DNA of 32,000 nt from Vibrio alginolyticus NBRC 15630 = ATCC 17749 (GCF_000354175.2 NC_022349.1:1500001-1532000), one strand, 5' to 3'; shown: positions 1 through 11,658, counted from the stretch's first letter. The notes: a model not told the origin generated them from the sequence alone. Program-made: numbers and translations.

Positions 1-600
1 ACTCTTGCGGTGTTCACTGATCACTCCGTGTTGCTCAATCGCTTCAAAGTGCGCTTTAGTTGGGTAACCTTTGTGCTTCGCGAAGCCAAATTGTGGATGA
101 AGTTTATCCAACTCTTCCATCTCTTGGTCACGCACGACTTTGGCAATAATTGAAGCCGCACTGATTTCGGCAACACGTAGATCGCCTTTTACTACAGCTT
201 GAGCATCCATTGGCAGCTCCGGACAACGGTTACCATCAATCAACACCAAATCAGGTTGAACCTGTAACCCCGCCACTGCACGCTGCATCGCAACCATAGT
301 CGCCTGTAAAATATTCAGTTGATCAATTTCTTCAGGAGAACAACGCCCGACCGCCCACGCCAATGCTTTTTCTTTGATTTCAGGAAGCAACGCCATGCGT
401 TTCTTTTCGGTCAATTTTTTCGAATCGTTCAACCCTTCAATAGGATTGTTAGGATCAAGGATAACCGCAGCGGTGACGACGTCTCCTACCAAAGGGCCAC
501 GTCCTACCTCGTCGACTCCGGCCACAAGCTGATAACCTTGCGGATATTCAAACGGAGGGAGTTCAACTTTGGTTTTGGTCACTTTTGGTTTAACAGCCAT
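1..600 (-). CDS. rnhB: Ribonuclease HII (partial; the last ~10 codons lie beyond the window start)
   Basis: Absent from the ORF track because it is open at the window edge. My minus-strand translation from the ATG at 598-600 gives [63 protein letters not shown]... with the RNase [11 protein letters not shown] motif. No stop codon down to base 1. Conserved lpxB-rnhB synteny. Confidence 0.9.
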   Translation of the reverse strand, partial: MAVKPKVTKTKVELPPFEYPQGYQLVAGVDEVGRGPLVGDVVTAAVILDPNNPIEGLNDSKKLTEKKRMALLPEIKEKALAWAVGRCSPEEIDQLNILQATMVAMQRAVAGLQVQPDLVLIDGNRCPELPMDAQAVVKGDLRVAEISAASIIAKVVRDQEMEELDKLHPQFGFAKHKGYPTKAHFEAIEQHGVISEHRKS

Positions 601-609
601 GATAAATCT

Positions 610-1749
610 CTATTTCTCAATCAGTTTTAGAACCGCGTTTGCGGCTTGTTGGTCCGCATCTTTACGAATCCAATGATGCATTTCCGTAAACTTATCTAAC
701 ATCGGTTTATTGTCGCTTTCCAATAAGCGAGAAACCTCAGTAAACAAATTGTCTGGTGTGCACTCATCTTGTAGATATTCTTTGACGAGCTCATCATCCG
801 CCAAGATATTCGGCAATGACACATACTTCGTTTTCAATAGACGTTTAGCTAAAAAAGCAGTAAATGCATTCACACGATAACCCACCACCATTGGACGCTT
901 GAGAAGCATACACTCCAACGCTACGGTACCGGAGGCCAACATCACGGCATCGGATGCGGTGATGACGTTGCGTGCGGTGTCATCAACTAACTTGAAGTCC
1001 AACTCTGGCGCTAGCTCTTTCCATGCTTGTTCAAACTGCTCACGGCGTTTTTGATTAACAAGCGCGACAACAAACCCCAGTTCTGGAAATTTTTTATGGA
1101 GTAACTTGCAGGTTTCAATAAATGGCTCTGAGAGCATTTTTAACTCGCTACCACGACTGCCTGGCAGGACAGCAAGCCACTTTTTATCTTGTTCTAAACC
1201 AAGCAACTCACGTGCAGGCGCTTGTTCTGATTCTAGTGGGATGGCATCAGCCAAGGTATGACCAATGAACTCGCAAGGTACATTAAATTTGTCGTAGAAC
1301 GCTTTCTCAAACGGAAGAAATGCTAGTACCAAGTTCGTTGCCGCTTCTATTTTAAAGATGCGCTTCTGACGCCAAGCCCAAACAGACGGACTCACGTAAT
1401 GAACGGTTTTAATGCCCGCTTGCTTGAGGTCAAGCTCCAAGCGTAAGTTGAAGTCAGGAGCGTCGATCCCTATGAAAACATCAGGCGGATTCTGAGTAAA
1501 ATACTGAACGAGCTCAGCTTTCACTTTAAGAAGTCTCGGTAAGCGGCCTAAAACCTCGACTAATCCCATCACCGCAAGCTCTTCCATATCAAACAGAGAC
1601 TCGCAACCTTGGGCTATCATTTTCGGACCGCCAATGCCTACGAACTCTGCGTCTGGATATTGCTGCTTTACTGCTTTGATAAAGCCTTCACCTAGCGTAT
1701 CGCCAGACAATTCTCCGGCAATGATGCCAATACGTAATGGTCTTTCCAT
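610..1749 (-). CDS. lpxB: Lipid-A-disaccharide synthase
   Basis: 379-aa ORF with an LpxB-type N-terminus ([15 protein letters not shown]). Located between lpxA and rnhB as in E. coli and Vibrio. Confidence 0.95.
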   Translation of the reverse strand: MERPLRIGIIAGELSGDTLGEGFIKAVKQQYPDAEFVGIGGPKMIAQGCESLFDMEELAVMGLVEVLGRLPRLLKVKAELVQYFTQNPPDVFIGIDAPDFNLRLELDLKQAGIKTVHYVSPSVWAWRQKRIFKIEAATNLVLAFLPFEKAFYDKFNVPCEFIGHTLADAIPLESEQAPARELLGLEQDKKWLAVLPGSRGSELKMLSEPFIETCKLLHKKFPELGFVVALVNQKRREQFEQAWKELAPELDFKLVDDTARNVITASDAVMLASGTVALECMLLKRPMVVGYRVNAFTAFLAKRLLKTKYVSLPNILADDELVKEYLQDECTPDNLFTEVSRLLESDNKPMLDKFTEMHHWIRKDADQQAANAVLKLIEK

Positions 1750-1809
1750 ATCTACTTCGCTATTTTTCCTGTGCGCTATGGATAACGGTTTGCCTTATCC
1801 ATAAAACAC

Positions 1810-1847
1810 AAAAAGATCGTAACCTCAAATTCGGTCACGATCTTTTT
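1810..1847 (-). terminator. Hairpin flanked by A5 and T5 tracts in the lpxA-lpxB spacer (possible internal attenuator or bidirectional terminator)
   Basis: GATCGTAACC (1815-1824) pairs with GGTCACGATC (1833-1842) with one mismatch. It is flanked by AAAAA (1810-1814) and TTTTT (1843-1847). A second hairpin, TATGGATAA/TTATCCATA, lies at 1777-1803. Confidence 0.4.
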
Positions 1848-1868
1848 ATTTATTGGTTCATTCGCCAA

Positions 1869-2657
1869 TTAACGAATAATGCCACGTTCCGTCGTTTCCA
1901 GAATATCTGAGAAACGCTTCACTGCTGGCCACTCTTGAGCCATTTCAGCTAGAATAGGCTTCACTTCTTCTAGCGTCTTACCTGAACGGTAGATTTCTTT
2001 ATACGCTTTTTGTAGCGCACGAATCTCTGGTTTCTCAAAGCCATTACGCTTCAAGCCAACAAGGTTCAAGCCGAAAGGTGTGGCGTGGTTACCTTGCGCG
2101 AGTACGTAAGCTGGGACATCTTGCACCACTGCTGAGCAGCCGCCAATGTACGCGTAAGCGCCCACTGTACAAAACGGGTGAATCGCAGACAGTGCCATCA
2201 CACCAGCATAATCATCAACAGTAACGTGACCACCAAGAATCGAGTTATTACCGATATGAGTGTGGTTACCAATAACAACATCATGCGCAACGTGTGCATT
2301 CACACACAATAAGTTGTCATCACCAATGATCGTGGTTGCTTTGTCCTGCACTGTGCCGCGGTGAACTTGGACCGCTTCACGAATGACGTTACGGTCACCG
2401 ATAACCACAGTTGTGTCTTCACCACCGTATTTTTTGTCTTGGTTTTCTTCGCCGATGACAGCATGTGGGAAAATACGGTTATCTTTGCCAATAGTCGTGT
2501 GACCTTTGATCACAACGTGAGACATCACTTCTGTGCCTTCACCAATTTCAACCGTAGAGGTGATGTACGTAAAAGGACCTACTGTTACGTTAGCACCAAT
2601 TTTGGCGCCCTCTTCTACCACCGCTGCCGGGTGGATTTTAGCGGTTTCATGAATCAT
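1869..2657 (-). CDS. lpxA: UDP-N-acetylglucosamine O-acyltransferase
   Basis: ORF-track start 2678 trimmed to the ATG at 2655-2657 ([21 protein letters not shown]...). This gives 262 aa, the E. coli LpxA length. Hexapeptide-repeat beta-helix sequence. The start lies 1 nt after the fabZ stop. Confidence 0.95.
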   Translation of the reverse strand: MIHETAKIHPAAVVEEGAKIGANVTVGPFTYITSTVEIGEGTEVMSHVVIKGHTTIGKDNRIFPHAVIGEENQDKKYGGEDTTVVIGDRNVIREAVQVHRGTVQDKATTIIGDDNLLCVNAHVAHDVVIGNHTHIGNNSILGGHVTVDDYAGVMALSAIHPFCTVGAYAYIGGCSAVVQDVPAYVLAQGNHATPFGLNLVGLKRNGFEKPEIRALQKAYKEIYRSGKTLEEVKPILAEMAQEWPAVKRFSDILETTERGIIR

Positions 2658-2658
2658 A

Positions 2659-3111
2659 TTAAAACTCTCGACGAGCACACTTCAGTTCTGCAGAACATAC
2701 CACTTCGCCGTCAACTTTTGCTACACCGCTAAATGCAGCAATGCCGCGACGTTCTTTCAGAAATTCTACCTCAATAACCAATTGGTCGCCCGGAACCACT
2801 GGTTTACGGAATTTCGCGCCGTCTACGCTTGCAAAGTAGTACAGTTCATTTTCTGTTGGTGCACCAAATGATTTAAATGCAAGTAAGCCTGTTGCCTGAG
2901 CCATTGCTTCTAAAATCAAAACACCTGGGAATACTGGTAGTTGAGGAAAGTGACCTGTGAACTGAGGTTCGTTAACCGACACGTTTTTAATCGCGTGAAG
3001 GTACTTCTCTTCTTGGAAGTCTATCACTCGGTCGATCAATAAGAATGGGTAGCGATGAGGTAGTAGCTCTTGAATTTCAGAGATGTTCATCGTTTTCTTT
3101 TCAGTAGTCAA
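2659..3111 (-). CDS. fabZ: 3-hydroxyacyl-ACP dehydratase
   Basis: 150 aa with FabZ hallmarks [13 protein letters not shown] and [19 protein letters not shown]. Conserved lpxD-fabZ-lpxA order. Confidence 0.96.
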   Translation of the reverse strand: MTTEKKTMNISEIQELLPHRYPFLLIDRVIDFQEEKYLHAIKNVSVNEPQFTGHFPQLPVFPGVLILEAMAQATGLLAFKSFGAPTENELYYFASVDGAKFRKPVVPGDQLVIEVEFLKERRGIAAFSGVAKVDGEVVCSAELKCARREF

Positions 3112-3241
3112 AGTCGTCTTCCTATATCAATTTTTTGCCGCCAAGATGGCAAACGTGGCAACAGGTCGTAAAGCCGAATCGCTTTGCAATATATTAGCAA
3201 AATACGCACCATCTTGGAGTTAAATCTACTTAGAGCGCGTC

Positions 3242-3247
3242 ATTATA
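3242..3247 (-). promoter_or_regulatory. Consensus -10 hexamer TATAAT (minus strand), candidate fabZ-lpxA-lpxB promoter
   Basis: Plus-strand attata at 3242-3247 reads TATAAT on the minus strand, directly after the lpxD terminator T-tract. The -35 region is poor (aatgcg). Confidence 0.35.
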
Positions 3248-3250
3248 GAA

Positions 3251-3275
3251 GAAAAAGACCCGCATTTCGCGAGTC
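3251..3275 (-). terminator. Rho-independent terminator downstream of lpxD
   Basis: The minus strand reads GACTCGC-gaaat-GCGGGTC followed by TTTTTCTTC, a 7-bp stem with one G-U pair. Confidence 0.5.
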
Positions 3276-3343
3276 TTCGTACAGAATATGGAACTAGAGC
3301 CTGTTAGCTTTCACGTTAAATACAGAGCGAAAGATAACTTGTT

Positions 3344-4375
3344 CTAAATTTCTTCTTTCTGTTCCAGCTGTTTTTCAACCGCTTTCAGGCGCTTATTCAT
3401 CTCATCAATACGGTGAACTCGAGTTGCAGTTTTACGCCACTCTCTGTTCGTTTGTAGCGGAATACCTGATGAGTAAAGGCCTTTTTCTTCGATACTGCGC
3501 ATTACCATGCCCATACCTGTAATCGCCACACCATCTGCGATAGTGATATGGCCATTCAGAACAGACGCGCCGCCAATCTGGCAGTACTTACCAATTTTTG
3601 TACTGCCCGCGACAATAGTACCACCAGGCATCACGGTACCATATCCGATCTGCACGTTGTGCGCGATTTGAAGTTGGTTATCCAGAATGACATTGTCTTC
3701 AATGATAGTATCTTCGAGTGCACCGCGGTCAATCGTAGTACAAGCACCAATCTCAACGCGGTTACCGATACGCACTGAACCAAGCTGAGGAATTTTGATC
3801 CACTCGCCTTTGTCATTCGCATAACCGAAGCCATCAGAGCCAATGACGGTACCCGATTGAACGAGACAGTCATCACCCAATGACACTTCATGATAGATAG
3901 TGACATTAGCCCAAAGCTTGGTGTTATTCCCTAGCTTGGCGTTCTTACCGATAAAACAACCAGCGCCAACGCTTACGTTATCGCCGAGTTCTACGCCCGT
4001 TTCAATCACAGCGTTAGCGCCGATTGTAACGTTCTCACCCATCTTAACGTCAGCGGCAATCACAGCACTTGGTGCAATATCGTCTGCCGGTTTTGGTGTG
4101 GTATCCATCGCTTGGACCACACGAGCAAATGCGACATAAGGGTCTGAAACCACTAGCGCATTTCCAACGCATTGATCTTTATGCTCAGCCTTTACCATAA
4201 CGACGGTAGCTTGGCACTCAGAAAGGTGTTTTGCGTATTTTGGGTTAGACAAGAAGGTTACGTCACCTTCTTGTGCTTTATCCATTGGAGCAACACGGCT
4301 TACAACGAGAGACTCGTCACCAAACAGCTCACCCCCGGTAATTGTCGCCAATTCGGCTAATGTTAATGTCTTCAT
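3344..4375 (-). CDS. lpxD: UDP-3-O-(3-hydroxyacyl)glucosamine N-acyltransferase
   Basis: 343 aa (E. coli LpxD ~341 aa) with extended hexapeptide repeats and a C-terminal coiled-coil tail. Conserved skp-lpxD synteny. Confidence 0.95.
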   Translation of the reverse strand: MKTLTLAELATITGGELFGDESLVVSRVAPMDKAQEGDVTFLSNPKYAKHLSECQATVVMVKAEHKDQCVGNALVVSDPYVAFARVVQAMDTTPKPADDIAPSAVIAADVKMGENVTIGANAVIETGVELGDNVSVGAGCFIGKNAKLGNNTKLWANVTIYHEVSLGDDCLVQSGTVIGSDGFGYANDKGEWIKIPQLGSVRIGNRVEIGACTTIDRGALEDTIIEDNVILDNQLQIAHNVQIGYGTVMPGGTIVAGSTKIGKYCQIGGASVLNGHITIADGVAITGMGMVMRSIEEKGLYSSGIPLQTNREWRKTATRVHRIDEMNKRLKAVEKQLEQKEEI

Positions 4376-4381
4376 AACTTC

Positions 4382-4882
4382 TTATTTTAGAGCTTTAATT
4401 ACGTCTTCAGAAATATTGTATTCTGGCTTGCCGTACTGCAAAGCAGAGATATCAATCACAAGATCGTAACCATTTTTGTCTGCGACTTTCTTAACTGCAT
4501 CTTGAATCGTTTTGAAAAGCTTCGCTTTTTCTTCAGCTTCACGACGCGCACTTGCTTTTTCAAGTGCTTGTGCTTTCACTTTGTACTCGCTGTCTAGCTT
4601 CGCGATATCGATACGTAGCTTTTCTACTTCGTCTTGACCCAAAAGCTCACCGTCACGTTGTAGCTTTTCGATCTTTGTTTTAGCTTGCGCTTGGATTGAC
4701 TTCAGTTCATCAGCTTTGCTTTTGAAGTCTTTCTGCATTTTTTGTAGTACAACTTCACGTTGAGGAAGAGCTTGGAAAACTTGAGCTGTATTTACGTAAG
4801 CAATTTTCTGTGCAGCTTCTGCCGCATTTGCAAACATTGAAGAGCTCAGTACAAGAAGGCCAATCCCAGCCGCTTTGATCAT
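4382..4882 (-). CDS. skp: Periplasmic chaperone Skp (OmpH)
   Basis: ORF-track start 4957 overlaps bamA, so I trimmed it to the ATG at 4880-4882 (MIKAAGIGLLVLSSSMFANA/AEAAQKIAYV). This has a signal peptide and an upstream AGAGGA Shine-Dalgarno sequence. 166 aa, lysine-rich and coiled. Confidence 0.92.
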   Translation of the reverse strand: MIKAAGIGLLVLSSSMFANAAEAAQKIAYVNTAQVFQALPQREVVLQKMQKDFKSKADELKSIQAQAKTKIEKLQRDGELLGQDEVEKLRIDIAKLDSEYKVKAQALEKASARREAEEKAKLFKTIQDAVKKVADKNGYDLVIDISALQYGKPEYNISEDVIKALK

Positions 4883-4904
4883 TTTATTCAAAATATTTTC
4901 CTCT

Positions 4905-7319
4905 TTAGAAAGTTCTACCGATAGTGAATGTGAAGAACTCTTCATCATCGCCATCAAATTTCTTAATTGGTTTCGCTAGTGAGAAGACTAGTGGCCCCAT
5001 TGGAGACATCCACTGCAACGCCGCACCGTAAGAAGAGCGGTAGTTGGTTGGATCTGAGTAATCGTAGTAGTAACGGTCACCATATTCCGCACCTGAATCG
5101 CGGTAGTCAAACTCCGTATCCCAAACACTTGCCATATCAAAGAAGATACTGGTACGAATTTGGTTTTGTACTTCTTCTGATGCAAATGGTGTTGGGACAA
5201 TCAACTCAACACTTGCTAGCGCTACGGCGTTACCACCAACAGAGTCATCTGTTGCTGTATCTGCGCCATTGTTTGAACCAGATGTATCACGGTAAACCGC
5301 TTTAGGACCAACAGAGTTTGAGCCAAAGCCACGAAGCGATGTAAAGCCACCTGCGTAGTAGTTTTCGTAGAATGGGAACAAGTTATCGTTACCATCCGTT
5401 TGACCGTAACCATTACCGTAACCTAAGCGGCCACGGAACAAGAGGGTAAACTCGTGCTTTTTAGTCAATGGCACATACTGGCGAACATCGTACTGCATTT
5501 TGAAGTATTGAACGTCAGAGCCAGGTACGGTCATTTTATAGAATGCACGTTGATGGTTACCTGCTGTTGGGAAATAGCCACGGTTTAAGTTATTACGTGT
5601 CCAAGAGATATTGAAGTCGAAGTCGTTTGTGTTCAACGCTCCACTAGAATCAATGTTGTCTGCTTGTGCTCGTAAGAACTGCTCTACCTGCAAGTAAGGC
5701 GATAAGTTACCGATCTTGTTGTGCGTATAACCGACACCGAATTCAAAACGGTTCAACTCATCGAATGGGAAGCCCCACGTTAAGCTCGCGCCATAGCTTT
5801 CGTTGGTATAGTCAACGATATTGGCTTCTTTAGCTTCAAATTCGTTATAGAAAACCTTACCACCTAAGCTTACACCGTCTAAGTTCCAGTACGGATCACG
5901 GTAATCTAGACTGATGTTTTTCTGGTAGTCATTCATCATCGCGTTGATACCAACACGGTTACCGCTACCAATAAAGTTATCTTGTTGCAGGCCAACCTGG
6001 AAGCTCACACCCGATTCTGTACCGTAGCCAACACCGAAGTTAACGCTACCAGAGTTCGCTTCTTTGACAGAGTAAACTAGGTCAACTTGATCATCACTAC
6101 CAGGAACTCGAACCGTCTGTACTTCAACATTTTCAAAGTAGCCCAAACGATTTAGACGAGTTTTACCCGTTTCAATCGATTTCGAGTTCAACCAACTGCC
6201 TTCCATCTGACGCATTTCACGACGAAGGACTTCATCTTTGGTTGAGTTATTACCCGTGAAGCGAATATCACGAACATAAATTCGGTTACCCGGGTCTACG
6301 TTAACGACCAAAGAAACTTCTTGATTCTCGTCGTCAAACTCTGGAATGGTATTCACTTGAGGATAAGCATAACCGGACTCACCAAGCACACGCTTAATCC
6401 CTTCTTCCATTGAAGTAACCGACGAGCCGTTGTATGTCTCATTGTCTTCAAATGGCACAAGTCTTTCGAACGTCGCTTCCTCGCCAATCAAATCACCACG
6501 GAACTTCACGTCCTTAACGGTGTAAACCTCGCCCTCTTCTAGACCAAGAGTAATGTATACCCCTTTCTTGTCAGGAGAGATTGCAACTTGTGTCGAATCA
6601 ACGTTAAATTTTAAGTAACCACGATCCAGGTAGAATGATTTGAGTGCTTCAATATCGCCTGCAAGAACTTGCTTTTGATACTTTTCATCAGAAAGGAAAT
6701 TCCACCACGGCACATCAACATTTAAGTTAAAGCGCGAAAGCAGTTCTTCATCACTGAACACTTCATTACCGATAAAGTTGATTTGCTGAATTTTTGCTGA
6801 CACACCTTCAGTAAAGACAAACTTAAGATCAGAACGATTACGTGGTAGTGGAGTCACCACCGCTTTTACTGTTGCGTTGTATTTACCTACGCTGTAGTAA
6901 AAGTCTTCTAAGCCTTTTTCAATGTTGCTTAGCGTGGTGCGGTCAAGCGCTTCACCTTCACGAACGCCAGACGCGTTCAGGTTTTCTTGTAGCTGCTCGT
7001 CCTTGATTGCTTTGTTACCTGAAAAAGAGATGCTTGCAATGGTAGGACGTTCTTTGACTTGAACCATCAGAACACCACCGTCACGCAACACTTTCACATC
7101 TTCAAAGTTACCAGATGCATACAGGGCGCGGATAATTTCTGCAACATCGCCTTGGCCAATGGTATCACCGACACGTACAGGCATTTTCAACAATGCAGCA
7201 CCCAGTGCTACACGCTGCAATCCATCGATTTCAATATCTTGAACTACGAAGTTCTCTGCTCCATTTGCAGATACACTGGTCGCCAGTAAACTTGCAAATA
7301 GAATTCGCTTAATCGCCAT
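4905..7319 (-). CDS. bamA: Outer membrane protein assembly factor BamA
   Basis: 804 aa with a signal peptide ([20 protein letters not shown]), POTRA-type repeats and a C-terminal beta-barrel ending ...FTFTIGRTF. Confidence 0.97.
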   Translation of the reverse strand: MAIKRILFASLLATSVSANGAENFVVQDIEIDGLQRVALGAALLKMPVRVGDTIGQGDVAEIIRALYASGNFEDVKVLRDGGVLMVQVKERPTIASISFSGNKAIKDEQLQENLNASGVREGEALDRTTLSNIEKGLEDFYYSVGKYNATVKAVVTPLPRNRSDLKFVFTEGVSAKIQQINFIGNEVFSDEELLSRFNLNVDVPWWNFLSDEKYQKQVLAGDIEALKSFYLDRGYLKFNVDSTQVAISPDKKGVYITLGLEEGEVYTVKDVKFRGDLIGEEATFERLVPFEDNETYNGSSVTSMEEGIKRVLGESGYAYPQVNTIPEFDDENQEVSLVVNVDPGNRIYVRDIRFTGNNSTKDEVLRREMRQMEGSWLNSKSIETGKTRLNRLGYFENVEVQTVRVPGSDDQVDLVYSVKEANSGSVNFGVGYGTESGVSFQVGLQQDNFIGSGNRVGINAMMNDYQKNISLDYRDPYWNLDGVSLGGKVFYNEFEAKEANIVDYTNESYGASLTWGFPFDELNRFEFGVGYTHNKIGNLSPYLQVEQFLRAQADNIDSSGALNTNDFDFNISWTRNNLNRGYFPTAGNHQRAFYKMTVPGSDVQYFKMQYDVRQYVPLTKKHEFTLLFRGRLGYGNGYGQTDGNDNLFPFYENYYAGGFTSLRGFGSNSVGPKAVYRDTSGSNNGADTATDDSVGGNAVALASVELIVPTPFASEEVQNQIRTSIFFDMASVWDTEFDYRDSGAEYGDRYYYDYSDPTNYRSSYGAALQWMSPMGPLVFSLAKPIKKFDGDDEEFFTFTIGRTF

Positions 7320-7363
7320 ACTTGTTCTAATTATTCCTTGCTACTGCTTTTGTCTCTGAACTA

Positions 7364-8722
7364 TCACAGACGAGTAAAATCATTAAATAGCGCTAACGCC
7401 ATGAGCGAGAAGATGATCGCACCACCAATTCTAAAGCCCATTTCCTGCACTTTCTCAGGAACAGGACGTCGAATGACTGCTTCAATTGCAAAAAACAACA
7501 AATGACCGCCATCCAACATTGGTAAAGGAACGAGATTAATAATACCTAGGTTAACACTAATTAGAGCGAGAAAACCTAAAAAGTAGACCAAACCATAATC
7601 TGCTGTCGCGCCTGCGCCTTTGGCTATTGATATTGGTCCACTCAGATTATTCAGACCAACGTCTCCAACAATCAGCTTCTTAAGCATGCTGATTGTCAAA
7701 CCAATGACTTGGCCAGTTTTGTCTACTGCTTTACCTATTGACTCGAATACACCAAACTGAAGATCGAAGCGATAACTTTCTGGCCATTCTGCGACTTTAG
7801 GTGCAATACCTGCAAAACCAACGACTTCTTTGTTAGCTAGCTCACGGCTACCGGGCGTCAGCGTCAATGTTTGCTCATAACCCTGACGTAACACCGTCAA
7901 TTCAAGCGGTGTATCAGGATTAGAACGAACCGCTTCAACCACTTGCTTCCATTCGGTTACGCGTTGTTGACCAATTGCGACAACCTCATCACCTGGAAGC
8001 ACACCAGCTTTTTCCGCCGCTCCACCTTGCGAGACCTGCTCGATAACTCGATACACCTCCGGTGTATACGGAGTAAAACCTAACGACTGCATCGCTGACT
8101 GAGTTTCTGGGTCGAACTTCCACTCACGTAAATCGAGCGTTTTCGTTACTTCTGAACCAACTTCATTCGCTGACGTTAGTGTTACCGTCATCAAATCATC
8201 GCCAATATGAGAAATCAATCCCATATTTACTGATTCCCAATCCGGAGTTTTGATACCAGATATCGATTTAAGTTCCATTCCAGATTCAATTCCAGCTTCC
8301 GCAACAATCGAATTGGGCGTAACTTCACCAATTACAGGCTTAACAGCCGGGATACCAATTAGAAATACCAGCCAATAGGCAAAAATTGCGAAAAGAAAAT
8401 TAAAGATGGGGCCAGCCGCAACAATAGAGGTTCGCTTCCATAACGGCTTCTTATCAAACGCTAGGTGCTTCTCATGTTCTGGCACCTCATCGACACGGCT
8501 ATCAACCATTTTCACATAGCCGCCGAGAGGGATCATTGAGATGCTGTACTCCGTTCCGTCTTTGCCTACTTTACTCCAAATAGACTTGCCGAAACCGATT
8601 GAAAACTTTTCAACTTTAACGCCGCAACGGCGAGCAACCCAAAAATGCCCAAATTCGTGCACGGCAACAAGAATGCCCAGTGCGACGATAAAAGAAATGA
8701 GATTCCACAATATACCAGTCAT
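7364..8722 (-). CDS. rseP: Sigma-E site-2 protease RseP (zinc metalloprotease)
   Basis: 452 aa with an HEFGH zinc motif near the N-terminus, PDZ-like middle region and a C-terminal LDGG motif. Confidence 0.96.
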   Translation of the reverse strand: MTGILWNLISFIVALGILVAVHEFGHFWVARRCGVKVEKFSIGFGKSIWSKVGKDGTEYSISMIPLGGYVKMVDSRVDEVPEHEKHLAFDKKPLWKRTSIVAAGPIFNFLFAIFAYWLVFLIGIPAVKPVIGEVTPNSIVAEAGIESGMELKSISGIKTPDWESVNMGLISHIGDDLMTVTLTSANEVGSEVTKTLDLREWKFDPETQSAMQSLGFTPYTPEVYRVIEQVSQGGAAEKAGVLPGDEVVAIGQQRVTEWKQVVEAVRSNPDTPLELTVLRQGYEQTLTLTPGSRELANKEVVGFAGIAPKVAEWPESYRFDLQFGVFESIGKAVDKTGQVIGLTISMLKKLIVGDVGLNNLSGPISIAKGAGATADYGLVYFLGFLALISVNLGIINLVPLPMLDGGHLLFFAIEAVIRRPVPEKVQEMGFRIGGAIIFSLMALALFNDFTRL

Positions 8723-9927
8723 CAGCTACGCTCGCGTATGGTTTCTAGGGCAATAGTTCGTGCCATTCTATCTAGCTCGAGCAAGCTTTCCAAGCTATTC
8801 GCATTCTCAGCTTTGCAGCTTGCGTTGATTTTATTCAACACAGACTCATTGATGCGAGCAATATCGGTAAAACCTAGTCTGTTATTTAAAAATGCATCAA
8901 CAGCGACTTCATTAGCTGCATTCAATGCCGTTGTTGCGTGTTGACCTTCATAACAAGCATCAATTGCGAGTTTTAGACATGGGTAACGAGCAAAGTCAGG
9001 CTGCAAAAACGTCAGCTCACCAACTTTCGTGAAGTCTAGCGGCTTAACCCCAGCTTCTACTCTTGACGGGTATGACATGGTGAGCGCAATTGGCGTCGCC
9101 ATATCCGCTTCTCCCATTTGTGCCAAGACCGAACCATCACGATACTGAACCATAGAATGAATCACAGATTGAGGATGAATAACCACCTTCAGTTGTTCGC
9201 GAGCAGCATTAAATAGCCACTTAGCTTCTATATACTCAAGGCCTTTATTCATCATCGTGGCAGAATCAACAGAAATTTTTGGCCCCATCGACCAGTTTGG
9301 ATGAGCGATCGCCTGAGCGGGTGTCACCTGCTCCAGTTCTGCGATGTCAGTGTAACGGAAAGGACCACCAGATCCAGTCAACAAAATATGAGAAATGCCA
9401 TGTTCTTGTAAATTGCAACGACCTAGATTGGTTTGTACTTGCTGTGGTAAACATTGGAAAATGGCGTTGTGTTCACTGTCGACGGGAAGTAGCTCTGCGC
9501 TAAATTCTTCTACAGCATCAATAAATAGCTGGCCTGACATTACAAGTGCTTCTTTATTTGCCAACAAGACTCGCTTACCTGCTTTCACGGCAGCCATGGT
9601 AGGCAATAAGCCAGCGGCTCCTACAATAGCAGCCATTACACTGTCGACCTCGTCCAGCGAAGCTATATGACATAGCGCATCAGTACCACCTAGCACTTCG
9701 GTACCTGGCGAAACCGAGTGTAGCTCAGCTTGAAGTTGAGACGCCGCAGCTTTATCTGCCATGACCGCATATTTAGGTTGCCACTGACGACATAGACCGA
9801 TCATCTTTTCAACGTTAGTGCTTGCCGCTAAGGCAACGACAGAAAACAGATCTGGGTTTTGTTCGACCACTTTAAGCGTGCTTGCACCAATTGATCCAGT
9901 AGCACCAAGAATCGTTAACTTTTGCAT
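8722..9927 (-). CDS. dxr: 1-deoxy-D-xylulose 5-phosphate reductoisomerase
   Basis: 401 aa. N-terminus [18 protein letters not shown] is a typical Dxr NADPH-binding motif. Its stop overlaps the rseP start in an ATGA. Confidence 0.96.
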   Translation of the reverse strand: MQKLTILGATGSIGASTLKVVEQNPDLFSVVALAASTNVEKMIGLCRQWQPKYAVMADKAAASQLQAELHSVSPGTEVLGGTDALCHIASLDEVDSVMAAIVGAAGLLPTMAAVKAGKRVLLANKEALVMSGQLFIDAVEEFSAELLPVDSEHNAIFQCLPQQVQTNLGRCNLQEHGISHILLTGSGGPFRYTDIAELEQVTPAQAIAHPNWSMGPKISVDSATMMNKGLEYIEAKWLFNAAREQLKVVIHPQSVIHSMVQYRDGSVLAQMGEADMATPIALTMSYPSRVEAGVKPLDFTKVGELTFLQPDFARYPCLKLAIDACYEGQHATTALNAANEVAVDAFLNNRLGFTDIARINESVLNKINASCKAENANSLESLLELDRMARTIALETIRERS

Positions 9928-9977
9928 GTTGTAAGACCGTTAGAAAGCTCAGGAGCGACGACGCCGCTCCTGATAAA

Positions 9978-10820
9978 TTAGAATACGTAGTAAAGAAGAG
10001 CAAAAACTGGGAATGCTGCGGTTAGGCTGTCGATACGATCTAGCACACCACCGTGCCCTGGGATAATGTTACTGCTGTCTTTAATGCCTGAGATACGTTT
10101 GAACATACTTTCAACCAGATCACCAAGCACTGAAATAACGACAGTAACCAGCGTAATCAGCACCATATGGACAGGGCTAGTGAACTGGATATCGAACCAA
10201 TCAGCAAATGCCCACGCTACGATTAATGCCGTGATAATGCCACCAATTAGCCCTTCAATGGTTTTATTGGGGCTTACATGAGGAGCCATCTTACGTTTGC
10301 CTAAGCTTTTGCCTGCAAAGTAGGCGCCGCTATCTGCAGCCCATACCAAGAAACAAACGTACAACACAAGCTTTGCGCCGTGGTATGGATCTACAGTGAT
10401 GTCATACGCTCTGAGAATAATCACACTCCAAAGGAATGGGATTAATGTCAGAAAACCAAATACATGACGTAAAACAAAATTACTTTGCCAAGATTTCGTC
10501 GTTTTGGGGTAAGTAATCGCCATTAAGCTAGCAATAATCCACCAAACAAAACCAATACCCAAGACGACATAATGAGGTGTCGTTAAGTGATTGAGGCTAT
10601 ATGCATCAGGCGAGATGTATAGAAAACTAAGTCCGGTCATAATGATTGCCGGCACAAGGGCAGCAATGCGAGAGTTGCTTCCTGTAAACTGAGTCCACTC
10701 CCAAAAACCTAATAGCGTTATTGCAGTTAAAGCGGCAATAAAGCCCATTAGCGGTAATTTAAAAATGCCTAAAATAACCAGGGGAGCTAAAATTAGTGCT
10801 GTTATTATTCTCTGTTTCAA
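9978..10820 (-). CDS. cdsA: Phosphatidate cytidylyltransferase
   Basis: 280-aa polytopic membrane protein with the CdsA signature SMFKRISGIKDSSNIIPGHGGVLDRIDS. Confidence 0.95.
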   Translation of the reverse strand: MKQRIITALILAPLVILGIFKLPLMGFIAALTAITLLGFWEWTQFTGSNSRIAALVPAIIMTGLSFLYISPDAYSLNHLTTPHYVVLGIGFVWWIIASLMAITYPKTTKSWQSNFVLRHVFGFLTLIPFLWSVIILRAYDITVDPYHGAKLVLYVCFLVWAADSGAYFAGKSLGKRKMAPHVSPNKTIEGLIGGIITALIVAWAFADWFDIQFTSPVHMVLITLVTVVISVLGDLVESMFKRISGIKDSSNIIPGHGGVLDRIDSLTAAFPVFALLYYVF

Positions 10821-10832
10821 ACTAACTAGTCC

Positions 10833-11588
10833 TTATTGAGCTGCCATCAATGCCTTTATTTGTTCACCTGTACAGCCAAAACGACGTTCTCGGTTGATAA
10901 ACCAAGTTACAGCTTCTACCAAACTGTCTTCATCGAATTCTGGCCAGTACTCTGGTGTAAAGTACATTTCTGCATAAGCCATTTGCCACAACATAAAGTT
11001 GCTGATGCGGCACTCTCCACTGGTGCGAATTAAAAGATCCACTTCCGGTAGGTCTGCCATGGTCAAATGCTCAGTGATTAGCTGCTCATTGATATCCTCT
11101 ACACGAATTTCACCGTTACGTGCTTTTAGCGCTAACGTTTTAGCAGCTTCTGTGATGTCCCATTTACCGCCATAGTTGGCTGCAATGTTGATCACCATAC
11201 CCGTGTTATCTGCCGTTAGGTTTTCTGCTTCTACAATTTTCTTTTGTAGACGCTCACTAAATCGACTGGTATCACCGATCACGCGCAACCGTAAGTTATT
11301 TTTGTGTAGTTTTTTTACTTCACTAGACAGGACCGTGATAAACAGTTCCATCAAAAGACCCACTTCTTCCTCCGGACGACGCCAGTTTTCACTACTAAAA
11401 GCAAACAGCGTCATGGCTCTAATGCCTAGTTTTGAAGCAGCAGCCACGGTCTTACGAACGGCACTAACGCCTTTTTTATGACCAAATACGCGAGGTTTTC
11501 CTTTGGACTTAGCCCAACGGCCATTACCGTCCATAATGATGGCAATATGCTTAGGAAGGGAATCAGAGAAGGCTTGAGAATTTTGCAT
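10833..11588 (-). CDS. uppS: Ditrans,polycis-undecaprenyl-diphosphate synthase
   Basis: 251 aa with the cis-prenyltransferase motif [13 protein letters not shown] and RTSGE.RISNF. Confidence 0.96.
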   Translation of the reverse strand: MQNSQAFSDSLPKHIAIIMDGNGRWAKSKGKPRVFGHKKGVSAVRKTVAAASKLGIRAMTLFAFSSENWRRPEEEVGLLMELFITVLSSEVKKLHKNNLRLRVIGDTSRFSERLQKKIVEAENLTADNTGMVINIAANYGGKWDITEAAKTLALKARNGEIRVEDINEQLITEHLTMADLPEVDLLIRTSGECRISNFMLWQMAYAEMYFTPEYWPEFDEDSLVEAVTWFINRERRFGCTGEQIKALMAAQ

Positions 11589-11626
11589 AGGGAGTTAATT
11601 GAGTTCCATCAGTTGGATAGACTAAC

Positions 11627-11658
11627 ATAAAAAAACGCTGAGCTGTGAGCACAGCGTT
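11627..11658 (-). terminator. Rho-independent terminator downstream of frr
   Basis: The minus strand reads AACGCTGTGCT-cac-AGCTCAGCGTT followed by TTTTTTTAT. The stem has one mismatch. Confidence 0.7.

Noticed and set aside
319-630. 103-aa plus-strand ORF inside the rnhB region
   Set aside because: It is antisense to a clearly conserved RNase HII frame and has an Arg/Phe-rich nonsense composition.
2300-2732. ORFs 2300-2491 (minus strand) and 2361-2732 (plus strand) within lpxA/fabZ
   Set aside because: They are alternative-frame or antisense ORFs within strongly conserved lpxA and fabZ coding sequence, so they are statistical by-products.
3548-4360. Four short ORFs overlapping lpxD (3548-3778, 3631-3906, 3900-4139, 4172-4360)
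   Set aside because: All lie within or antisense to the lpxD hexapeptide-repeat region. Repetitive codon structure commonly keeps alternative frames open.
4967-7289. Short ORFs overlapping bamA (4967-5305, 4988-5200, 5222-5413, 7059-7289)
   Set aside because: They sit inside the bamA frame on either strand and have no independent signals.
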